Source: Octopus bimaculoides (Eukaryota). Taken from it: 63,847 nt of DNA. Location: positions 26,478,875-26,542,721 of the forward strand of contig NC_068988.1 of the NCBI RefSeq assembly GCF_001194135.2. Reading direction: 5' to 3'. Positions 14,022-25,062 of the stretch are shown here, piece by piece. The notes below the pieces were generated by a model, which ran no database searches, had not been told where the DNA came from, and saw only the letters and a program-made list of their open reading frames with translations. The position numbers were made by a program, and so were the translations under genes. Position 1 is the first letter of the stretch; each line of letters starts with the position of its first letter.

Positions 14022-14064
<43 letters not shown>
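13946..14064. repeat. Compound (TA)n / (GATA)n microsatellite
   Basis: Direct reading. Confidence 0.95.
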
Positions 14065-15351
14065 ATTCATATATTTGCATATATATTTACGCATGCATGT
14101 ATATATTTGTATATATGTATGTATCTATGAAGGAATGAGCGTACATACAGTACACATGTGTGAGTGTTCTTCACGTATGTATGTATAATACAAACATACA
14201 TGACATAGAAGCATTGTAAACATATTTGAAAAATAATTTAGTAATATATATCTTAGGAGGTCTGTGGTGTCTGTCAACTCAAATAATTCATTATGTATCG
14301 ATAATAATTGTAATTTTCGCTTTAATTATAATGAACGTCACAAGATCATGAATTACGATTGAATATTATTTGGGTTTATTTTTTATATTCTATATAAATA
14401 ATTTATATTAAGAAGACTCATTAATTTTGAAAATATATCTTGCAAGTATAAGTTGAAAGTAGACGCTTATAATGAAGGGAAAAAATAGTGGGAGAATTGA
14501 ATTTAAATACAATTCTTTATATCATATCCCCATTCACATGACTTAGACACAGAATGAAAAGTTAATGAATATTCGAACGTCATGTGTTGAAAGAAATATA
14601 ACTTGGTTGAATATGTTATTAATAACAAGAAAGTCATTAATAGTGACAATAAGAATAAGAAAATACTAATAAAGGAAGAACGAATCTCAAAATATAGAAA
14701 AGAAATAAAACACATCGTTAACTGACAAAAGAATGTAGAAAACACGCAATTTCCTCTTTAAATGAACGGAGATAATAGATCGCTAGATTAAATTAAACTA
14801 ATGTATGTACAAGGGAGTGCAAATAAGTGCGTGTTCACATGTATATGATATATATACGGATATATATATATGTGTGTGTGTGTGTGCGTGAGCGTGTGTG
14901 AGTGTGTGTGTTTGTGTGTGTGTATGTAAGAATGTATGTATGTATGAATATAAATATATGTAAATATATATATTTATATATATGTATATACATATATATA
15001 TATATATATATATANNNNNNNNNNNNNNNNNNNNNNNNNNNNNNNNNNNNNNNNNNNNNNNNNNNNNNNNNNNNNNNNNNNNNNNNNNNNNNNNNNNNNN
15101 NNNNNNNNNNNNNNNNNNNNNNNNNNNNNNNNNNNNNNNNNNNNNNNNNNNNNNNNNNNNNNNNNNNNNNNNNNNNNNNNNNNNNNNNNNNNNNNNNNNN
15201 NNNNNNNNNNNNNNNNNNNNNNNNNNNNNNNNNNNNNNNNNNNNNNNNNNNNNNNNNNNNNNNNNNNNNNNNNNNNNNNNNNNNNNNNNNNNNNNNNNNN
15301 NNNNNNNNNNNNNNNNNNNNNNNNNNNNNNNNNNNNNNNNNNNNNNNNNNN

Positions 15352-15394
<43 letters not shown>

Positions 15395-16519
15395 AGCTGT
15401 CACTACCTGACTCCTTCTGTGTGGAATGATAGCCTCAATGCGACCTCAGCTAGTGCTGAAGATCGTGGAATGAATTTATTTTAGTTTTGGAAGAGAGTCT
15501 ATATTACCAACACAAACAAATTCTTAGACCACTTCCCAACAGTAACCATATTCTATTTTATAGGGAATATACATACAAAACTCGATATAGTTACACTGTA
15601 AAGAAGATGTAACCCTATTTTTACTTCCATCAAAGAAAAATCAAGAGATTTTTAAAGATTTGATTTCCAACATCACCTGCAGCATATTTCATCTCCTTTC
15701 TTCTGCTGTATTTTCTGAGTTTCATTTACTGAATATTCATTTACATATATATATATATATATATTTGCTAGTCCACTCTTTTGACAGGAAAAGCTTATAG
15801 AGCAAACCGTAAATTTATAAAATGTAAAATTTCGAATTCTTATGTTAAAAGTAAAACACCGAACTTTTTTTTCCAAAACGTTGAAAGTATAGATCAAATG
15901 CAAATTTCACAAATTAATAAGAAAATTAGACGAAGATGACAATGCAGGCCCCGGGTCCGGGAAAATGCCAGCAATACAGCAATATATGGTTTAAATGATG
16001 ACAGACATAAAGAGGTACAGCAAATAAAACACAGGCAGTTTCTAGCAAAATTCGGCTGATCAAGTTCATATTATCGAGAAACTCAGTGACCACATCATAA
16101 ACACATTCCGAACCTCCTCGTCACCATAATGTTGGGAAATTAACTAATAAATATTTCAAATGATCCTTAATCAGATCTATATTATTCTACTTTTGCACCG
16201 AGTTATATTAATGAAAACTTTATTTCGCCTTCGTGCAGGTTGTTTTCTCGAATTCTTTGTAAATGATTATCAATGAAAATTCCTCACCAATCTGATTTGC
16301 CGAGATCTCAAAGTCCAACGCTTGGCATTGAATGTCTTTTTATTCGATTGGAAATAGAGATTGCTAAACTGAAATTACTAGTTACTGTACTCGTAAAATA
16401 TTGTTAAATCGAAAATGTAATATGTTGCACTTAACGTGTTTAGTACACTGTAATTGTACATATGTTTCTGTGCATGAAATTATATATATATATGCACGTG
16501 TGTGTCTGGGTGTGTGTTT

Positions 16520-16604
<85 letters not shown>

Positions 16605-17203
16605 CATATGTGTCTATATATTAATTTAATTCGTTCGTTAATTTTCACCGAATCAGATGTTTAACTCGTGGCTTGCCTGCTGTTCCACGAGCAAAACGTT
16701 TTCCCCTTGAACAGAGCTGAAAAGAATTTAAACGATATTCTCCTCGCAAACTAAATTACACGACCGCTCTCCCATATACTGAAAGGAATGTTATGATGCC
16801 AACATACACACTTTTTTCTTGTAGTATACATAGGCATACAGACATATGCACATGCGTAGGAAATGTAACTATTCTGTCATCTATCGATTTTATTACATTT
16901 CACTAACAAGCAATAATTTGGGCGGAATTCCTTCCTAAAATTCTCTGTCCACTTTCCGGCGCATATAACAGTTAATGGTGTCAAATGTGTGGCTGAATCA
17001 TCATCCATTTGACCATAATTGTATTCCTGTTAAAACCGTGCTGCATGAATATATAACGGTTGACTGTTTCCTCTCTCTATATTTTTTTTTCGTCAACTTG
17101 CTGGTTTTCGGCATACTCTACATTTACTTACGGTCTTACAAATCCATTTATTATTACTAGCAAATTATATGATTTTGATATTGTAGTTATTTTTCTTGTC
17201 TTT

Positions 17204-17276
17204 ACTATTTTTTTCTCTGCTCGCATTAGTAACAATAAACTATTTTTTTCTCTGCTCGCATTAGTAACAATAAACT
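17204..17276. repeat. 35-bp exact tandem duplication
   Basis: ACTATTTTTTTCTCTGCTCGCATTAGTAACAATAA x2. Confidence 0.95.
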
Positions 17277-17677
17277 TTAATATATCAGTGGTTTTCATAT
17301 GATTTGTGAGATCATGGATGTACATCGACAATTTATCTCCTGCAATTCTGATAATTCTTTGTTTGTGTTTTCACGTAGAAAACATACGGGTTACTATTCA
17401 TGCTACATTCTTCTATCCAGATCCCCAATATTGTTTAAGAGAAGGACGAGGAAAGTTACAACACGATGTTTTTATTGTCGCAAACATTGCTTTCAGAAGG
17501 CAAAAGGAAAACGCAGTAAGTATTGCAAGTCATTTTGAACGGCATTCTAATAAATACACATATCCTCAGGCGCAAATTTAGAATTTTTCATCGGCGGCGG
17601 AAGTTCAAATGTCGACGCTGACCGGTGCAATATAAGAAAGTCACTTACAGAAATCTAGGAAAATAAGTCCAAACATA

Positions 17678-17733
17678 AATGTATGTATGTATGTATGTAT
17701 GTATGTATGTATGTATGTATGTATGCATGTATG
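17678..17733. repeat. (TATG)n microsatellite
   Basis: Direct reading. Confidence 0.95.
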
Positions 17734-19002
17734 TAGTAAATCATACACACATTTGGACAGAGGTAGATAGTTCAACGAATAAATAAACATATAATGTGTG
17801 GATATGTGTATGTTATAGATCTTTATATAATTGCTTATTCCAACATTAGTCTCATAGAATGCCTTGCTTACTCAAACTCTGCCTAGAACAATACATTGAT
17901 GCAACTTAACATTTTAATATAACAATGTAAATACTATCATTTATATACTTAACAAGGAATTAATGGAAATGTATAGATAACAGCATAAAAAAAGGAATGT
18001 ATACAAAAATCGAACACGTATTAAAACACTTGTTAAAAAGATATTTAGAAGCAAAAACAAATCATGTTTATTATATGTAAAATTGTCTTATATTTAAATC
18101 ATGGATTAGTTTGCAGAAGAATAATTGCTTAGATTATATAACTTCGAATACCTAAAGGCCGTAAATTGCTTTTCATGTGAGTACATGGTAAGTGAATAGG
18201 TCAGAAGTGTGGTAACATTAAAAGCATGACTCTAAAATATTGCGTTTCATTGCAGCGTCTGTTGCATTTACTCAATAAGAACTGAACCACAGCGTTACTC
18301 TAGCCACCAAGAAATAAGCCATATCTTATATCCTCAGTCATGGTTTTGTTTTGTTTTTAAAAAGTATTTCTCGATCAGTGAGTTTTCTTTAATGTACTTT
18401 CCTTCAACATCACTTTCGTCAGCTCCCTATTTCTTATTTGCTGCTACTTATCATTGTTTCAAACTATTCTGTCTAAACTTCTCCTCTATAATTACTGCAC
18501 TACTTCGTACGTTACTAAACAACGCAACAATATGTGTTCCTGTGGTTGATATTAACGAGCCAATGATACCAACCTTTATAATGAATTTGAACAAGGGAAC
18601 TTTGGCTTTCCATTAGAACTTTAAAATTATTTTACTAAATTAACTGCATTTCATAATTTCTCTCCATTCTTCAAAACTTTTTGAATCAAACAGATAGCAA
18701 TAATGTGCTAAGGTAACGTCCATTATCAGATCAGTATATAATCAATAGCACTTAAATATAAAGTCCCACTAAGGCATATTAAATTTACAGATCATATTAA
18801 ATTTACATACCATGTTTTAACTTGAGTAATTTCCTGACGCACATGCGTGCGTAGGTACGCAGGCGCATGTGTATTAATCAAAGTATGCTCGTTCAGTTTC
18901 ATCTTATGTTACTTATATGCTCAACATTCAACTGAAAGTGAAACATTTATAGCAAGGATAAGTGAAATTAAAATGTACATGTAGCGAATTAATAGTACAT
19001 AC

Positions 19003-19150
19003 ATGGACAGAGGCGCGGCAATATGGTAAGTAGCTTGCCTCCCAATCACATGGATCCGGATTCAGTCTCACTGGTTGGTGCTTGGGCCTTCTACTATATT
19101 CGGGGGTCGACTATAGATTTGGTAGATGGAAATTGTAAGAAGCTTGTAGT
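19003..19150 (+). mobile_element. SINE family A 5' half, near-identical to 8921-9068
   Basis: 147/148 identity, with the single difference GGTGCTTGGG vs GGTGCGTGGG. Followed by (TA)n and a gap. Confidence 0.85.
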
Positions 19151-19416
19151 ATATATATATATATATNNNNNNNNNNNNNNNNNNNNNNNNNNNNNNNNNN
19201 NNNNNNNNNNNNNNNNNNNNNNNNNNNNNNNNNNNNNNNNNNNNNNNNNNNNNNNNNNNNNNNNNNNNNNNNNNNNNNNNNNNNNNNNNNNNNNNNNNNN
19301 NNNNNNNNNNNNNNNNNNNNNNNNNNNNNNNNNNNNNNNNNNNNNNNNNNNNNNNNNNNNNNNNNNNNNNNNNNNNNNNNNNNNNNNNNNNNNNNNNNNN
19401 NNNNNNNNNNNNNNNN

Positions 19417-19560
19417 TTTACATTTTTAACATCGCCGATTCCTATGGATCGCATAAATTGTAATTCTTCGAAACATATGTCGGAATAAAGTATGCAGTTA
19501 TAACATGCGTTTTCTCCATTCCTTAAATTTTTAAATATACTCAAATACCCAAAATATCAA
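19417..19560 (+). mobile_element. Possible fourth Penelope-like terminus (H4), decayed
   Basis: Directly after a TA/N gap. Contains GAAA-CATATG-TC|GGAAT with upstream ATTCC complementarity, then AATAAA. The core is degenerate. Confidence 0.3.
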
Positions 19561-19693
19561 GGAGTTTTTGCCTCACCAACAGGAATTACACCACAGTTAT
19601 TTTGTGATCTTTGCTACCTTGGTTTCTATTAACCCATTTATTCTATCAGAATTATTATTTATTAGGATATATATATATATATATATATATACA

Positions 19694-19905
19694 TTTTACT
19701 GGTTTCACTCAGACTGCGAGCATACTGAGGCACCGCCTCGAATTTGTAGTCGAATGAATCGACTCCAGTACTTATTTTTTAAGCCGAGTGCTTATTCAAT
19801 CGGTCACTTTGCCGAACCGCTAAGTTGTGGGCACGTAAACTCACAAACAGCGGTTGTCAAGTGGTTATAGGGCTACAAACACAGACACAGACACAAAGAT
19901 ACGTA
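19694..19905 (-). mobile_element. SINE family A 3' half
   Basis: GCCGAACCGCTAAG...GGTTGTCAAG and a tail matching 37059-37316 in reverse complement. Confidence 0.85.
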
Positions 19906-20193
19906 CATATACATATGATCCACACACATGCGCACAGACATATGATCCATACACATGCACACAAACAAACCAAAAGGAATGCAGTGTGAGTAACGGACAG
20001 AGTCAAAAGTATTGAAAAGTTTGCAAGACGCAAAGAAAGTTTTAGAAAAATAAAAAATAAATAAGTGGAAATTTTACCGGTGAGTGTGTTAAATTATAAG
20101 GCACCAAAAGAGGATGACATTCCCCAGACATAACAGAATATATTTCACCACACGAACTCGCATAAACAATCTTGCAAACCAAATCCAGAAACG

Positions 20194-20235
<42 letters not shown>

Positions 20236-20344
20236 GGGGGGTGTATGTGTGTGTGTGTGTGTGCGTGTGTGTGTGTGTGTGTGCGTGTGTATGTGTGTGT
20301 GTATGCGTGTGTGTGTGTGTGTGTGTGTGTAAATTTTGTTTTTC

Positions 20345-20520
20345 ACAATGATATAAAAAAATAAGGGTGTGAAGATTTTTAGAACATTTATAAATAGAAG
20401 GTCTTACAGCTGTTTCCAGGATATTTATTATATCCCTTCATCGGAGATGGTGTGAGAATGATTAAGTAATAGTTAATTCACATAAAATACGAAATAGAGA
20501 GTGAAGTGTAGGAATGAAAA
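20345..20520 (-). mobile_element. Short repeat H2 (Penelope-like terminus) between microsatellites
   Basis: Contains a hammerhead-like fold at 20402-20447. Single copy in the window, so the extent is estimated. Confidence 0.5.
20402..20447 (-). ncRNA. Putative minimal type I hammerhead ribozyme variant (H2, U4C)
   Basis: Minus strand: UCU-CCGAUGA-AGGGAUAU-AAUAA-AUAUCCUG-GAAA-CAGCUG-UA|AGA. Stem I is 3 bp, stem II about 7 bp, stem III is the palindrome CAGCUG, and the site is GUA. Confidence 0.55.
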
Positions 20521-20654
20521 CAGATGTGAGATATGCAGGGATATTGTATTTGTAGATCCATTATGTAGGCAGAATGGTATACATATAAGATTCGAATACG
20601 TTGTGAGTAAAATCCAATGTATTCAAAAATGATCATTATACACATACACACACG

Positions 20655-20724
<70 letters not shown>

Positions 20725-20725
<1 letters not shown>

Positions 20726-20821
20726 GACGGGCTTCTTTCAGTTTCCGTCTACCAAATGCACGCACAAGACTTTGTTCGACCCGAGGATATAGTGGGAATG
20801 AACCCGGAACCACGCGGTTGG
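20725..20821 (-). mobile_element. SINE family A 5' half (runs into gap)
   Basis: CGACGGGCTTCTTTCAGTTTCCGTCTACCAAAT...GAACCCGGAACCACGCGGTTGG. Confidence 0.85.
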
Positions 20822-21499
20822 NNNNNNNNNNNNNNNNNNNNNNNNNNNNNNNNNNNNNNNNNNNNNNNNNNNNNNNNNNNNNNNNNNNNNNNNNNNNNNN
20901 NNNNNNNNNNNNNNNNNNNNNNNNNNNNNNNNNNNNNNNNNNNNNNNNNNNNNNNNNNNNNNNNNNNNNNNNNNNNNNNNNNNNNNNNNNNNNNNNNNNN
21001 NNNNNNNNNNNNNNNNNNNNNNNNNNNNNNNNNNNNNNNNNNNNNNNNNNNNNNNNNNNNNNNNNNNNNNNNNNNNNNNNNNNNNNNNNNNNNNNNNNNN
21101 NNNNNNNNNNNNNNNNNNNNNNNNNNNNNNNNNNNNNNNNNNNNNNNNNNNNNNNNNNNNNNNNNNNNNNNNNNNNNNNNNNNNNNNNNNNNNNNNNNNN
21201 NNNNNNNNNNNNNNNNNNNNNNNNNNNNNNNNNNNNNNNNNNNNNNNNNNNNNNNNNNNNNNNNNNNNNNNNNNNNNNNNNNNNNNNNNNNNNNNNNNNN
21301 NNNNNNNNNNNNNNNNNNNNNNNNNNNNNNNNNNNNNNNNNATATATATATATATATATATAACGGTATCTGTCTATATCATGATATATATTTAAACAAT
21401 TTTGGACTTGTTACAATAGATTAAAATGTAAGAAAACGTGCAGATATTATCTTGTGTGTGAGTATGTGTGTGAGTCTTTGTGTGTCTATGTGTCTATGT

Positions 21500-21810
21500 G
21501 TGTGTGTGTAGTTGTGTGTCTGTGCCTATATCTTTGTGTGTCCCACCACAATATGTGCTGACATATCGACATGAGTGGTTATGTCCCCGTAAATTAGTGT
21601 TTCGCGAGAAGAACTGATGGAACATATACCGAGCGTAACAAAAAATAAGACTGGGGCCTAATCGTTCAGTCAAATTTCTTCAAGGCGGCACCACAGCATG
21701 GCCGTAGGCTGATGAGTGAAGCAAGTGAAAGATAAAAGAATAAAGATATTGTTCCAGCATGACCGCAGCTGCATGGCTGAAACGAATAAAAGAATAAAAG
21801 AATAAAATTT
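21500..21810 (+). mobile_element. SINE family A 3' half, diverged, with duplicated tail
   Basis: ATGTCCCCGTAAATTAG... followed by two successive CAGCATG(G/A)CCG...GAAA...TAAAAGA tail modules. Confidence 0.75.
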
Positions 21811-22624
21811 ATATGAATTTGCATACTTTGTATTTGACTGAATAACATGTCAAAAGTTGTGTCTCTCCCGTTTGTCCCGTTGTCGCCCCTAATGAATATT
21901 CATTGAGTATTTAGGACTACATAATCAATGTAGCCATTCCTTTGTGTATTTGTAACTCTAAAATTTGAGAGATGTCTGCTGTCATTTGCAGACAGAACAT
22001 CTATGTAGACGCTTCCTCTCTTCAAATTTCATGAATGCCGTAATTGTTTAACCACTGATAAGATCTCATTTAACAACTTACGACCATATAGAGAAGCCGT
22101 TACCTCTGTATCTTATGTTATATTACTGATTCATAGCATTCTACTTTTTGCATTGTTTAAAACTTCTGGATACAACTAAGCATTATTTCAATCATTTCTA
22201 GCATGTGTCGTAGACATTTAGAGGTTCTATCGTTGTCTCGACCGCCATAATTGTGTACCATTTATTGTTTGGATATTTTTCGACATTGAACACCTTCATA
22301 TTATTTTCGTACACCACGGTTTCCCTTTGGCTATATTGGAATCTAAGTACAATGAATTAGACAAATGAAGGTGTTAGATATAATCTCTATTATATCGAGC
22401 ATGAATGTCGAAATATATCAGTGCTCTCATTAATTATGGAGCAATGTGAACGGAATATTCATCAATATCTGACAATATATAGTGGTCATTGCGATTATAG
22501 ACATGACTTTCAGAAACACTTCTGAGATTACATCTATTAAAGATTTTCTATTGTACACAAAATATATATTTTTATGTCAATAATTCGGAAATATGATTTA
22601 CGATTCTATCCGACAATATTGTCT

Positions 22625-22700
<76 letters not shown>
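22625..22700. repeat. (GATA)n microsatellite
   Basis: Direct reading. Similar tracts at ~28960-29043 and ~57331-57400. Confidence 0.97.
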
Positions 22701-23789
22701 TCGTACGTATGTATATATATATATGTAGTCACATCTGTATAATATAGGGGTATATTTATTGCGCGTGTGTTTCTTTGTGTTTCTAAGTGTATAGTAGAGA
22801 AAGGGAGAGGGATTCACTTTGCGTGTGTCTCTGTATTTATGCTATAAATATAAATGCAATTTTATATCCCCCGTCAGCAACGGTGGTATTTGTCGCTGTC
22901 GGATATGTTTTCACGGTTTCTACATAAAAGTAGCCCTTCGCTAATGCGTTTGATGAATGTACGAGAAGAAACTCTAGTTCTAACCACACTCTACTTCCAA
23001 AGCTCTGTAAATATGATACAAATATATTGATAAGACGTGAATGCTCTTCCACTTCAGATATGTTTAGTACTACTATTTGTCGCTTTTCATTTTGGCAATT
23101 ATCACAACGAATCAGGGAGATGCTATTTCAGTCTCGATATTGAATTTTTACTCTGACAACTAAGAGTCAAATGAGATTCTATAAGTTATCAAGTTTGACG
23201 CTTTAACAATTCCGGGAGGCCGCTACCCTTTCCCGGTACTTTATCAACTCTGAATAGAGCAGAGAGTTAGGCTGACATATAGCAATGTTAATATGTACAT
23301 GAGAAATATGGTATGTTGGCGTTGGGGCACGTGTATACTCGGTGTCCATTTAGTGAAAATAATGAATCGAGATATAATTGCATCATCCGTTTAACTAACA
23401 GCATCCAACGTAAGTCTCTCCTTCAATTCACTGTTCAATTAAGGATTTAAATGTGAACATATCTTGTCTCTGTCCAATTAACTTTACCAAGGTGGACTTT
23501 ACATGTTTTGGTGATGGTAGTGATGTGTTGGCCGTTGTGGGCTTCGGGTGATGGTGCGTGGAGGTGCGCAGTGGTGGAGGAGTGTGGGTGTAGTGTTCGT
23601 GCCGGGGATGTTGGTGTTGTTGATGTGAGTTGTCATATGGGTTTGGAATCAGAGTAGAGAGTCGAACTGAGATGGAAGCAATGCTAATATGTACATATAT
23701 AAGAAATACATATGGTAAGCACCACCAACATCATCATCCCTCTCTCCACTTCTCTCTCTCCCACCTCTCTGTCTCCCTTCTCTCTCTGC

Positions 23790-24200
23790 CTTCCTGACTC
23801 CTCACCATCAGAACGTCGCCATTCTGCTAAAATTATATATTTCATGACTTCACCAACCCCAATTTCAGGGTTCCTAATTCCCCCGATTGTAATTCCTAAT
23901 TCTACGGATAATTCTGCGTGAGATGCAGTTGAGAAAGACATCAACTGCTCTTCCTACAATACCAAGGCCGAGCTGATGGCCAAGATCAAAGGGGCAAAGT
24001 CAGGAACGCATACGACAGGTTCAACAGGCGTCTTGAGACCGATATGGAAGCGGAGGTCGGCTACTTCGAACAAACTGCTATCTCCCAGTCATAATCTCAT
24101 TGATATTTTTGATTTTTTAATAAATACTTTTATTTTTGGATGGGATATTTTGTTTTATTTTCCTTTCATATAAACTGTCAAATTTTGTTCGAACGCTCTG
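23790..24200 (+). mobile_element. Decayed Tc1/mariner transposase C-terminus and probable right end
   Basis: Frameshifted translation gives DFTNPNF.VPNSPDCN (WPPxSPDxNP motif), then DAVEKDINCSSYNTKAELMAKIK and a remnant of R.RLE.V.EAEGGYFE. Ends ...CTCTG-TA, like Tc1 CAG-type TIR ends. Confidence 0.75.
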
Positions 24201-24860
24201 TAATTTAGAATATCCTGCGCCTACGTCAAGCTCTGCTTTTTATCCTTTCAAAGTCGATAAATGCATGAAAAGGAAACACATTTACATCGCTTGTGTATGA
24301 AGTGCAGCAAGATCCATTTTAAGATGTGAAAGCCATTCTGACTAAGAAACAGAGAAATAACAGCGCGACACGAAGAAATGCTACACATGATCAGACAGAA
24401 TATTGGAAAAAGAACTGCTTGCAAAATCGACATAAGTTACAGAATCAATAAAATTTCTGCTGTATGAAATAAACAGAAGACTTTTTCCTCCTTTGCTGAA
24501 ATTTGAACTTATCACAGAAAGATAATAAATTCCCTTTATACTGTCCAATGAACAATGCAGTATCTACATATATTCTGTTTACATGAAAACTATCCTCAAA
24601 TATTCCCTTTTATTTATTCATTGATTGGTTTCTTCCACTTATGAACGAATACCAAACGTTACCGATTCTACTGCAAATAACTATATAGAACAGATCTTTT
24701 GAAGAGTCCCTGAGATTATCTTAAGAGATTAAATCAACGAATTGTTTAGTGCTACCTTATACCTTATCTCAATAGTGAGAAAAAGTTCAAGGTTTTATTA
24801 TAGGTATTTCGAACAGGCAAACTCTGATCAACCACACCATAAGTAAAATTGTTCCAACTA

Positions 24861-25062
24861 CGAGGTGGTGCTAAAAGGTTTCTGGCTTTGGATAAAAGAA
24901 AATACTGGAGGTTCAGTTAATTATGGCTTTATTCATCATATTCCCCTCTCATATTTACACATTGCATCGGTCCTCCTGCTTTTCTAAGAACTCGGAAATT
25001 TGGACCTCCAATCAGGCCTTTCGCGGCATCCTTCAAGCAAAGAACTTTTGAGCACCCTCTTG
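24861..25062 (-). mobile_element. Mariner-derived MITE (~200 bp), TA-flanked
   Basis: Imperfect TIRs TA-CGAGGTGGTGCTAAAAGGTTTCTGGCTTT and AAGCAAAGAACTTTTGAGCACCCTCTTG-TA. The minus strand retains the last transposase codons (MRGEYDE*). Homologous to 32827-33034. Confidence 0.85.

Noticed and set aside
18840-18871. ~14-bp hairpin CACATGCG-TGCGTA..TACGCA-GG-CGCATGTG; other short inverted repeats at ~17-33, 2886-2921, 16662-16688 and 54090-54127
   Set aside because: Short and largely explained by purine-pyrimidine alternating composition; too short for pre-miRNA.
23500-23640. G/T-rich stretch, possible G-quadruplex
   Set aside because: Degenerate (GGT/GTT)n low-complexity sequence; G-tracts are too sparse and irregular for a canonical G4.
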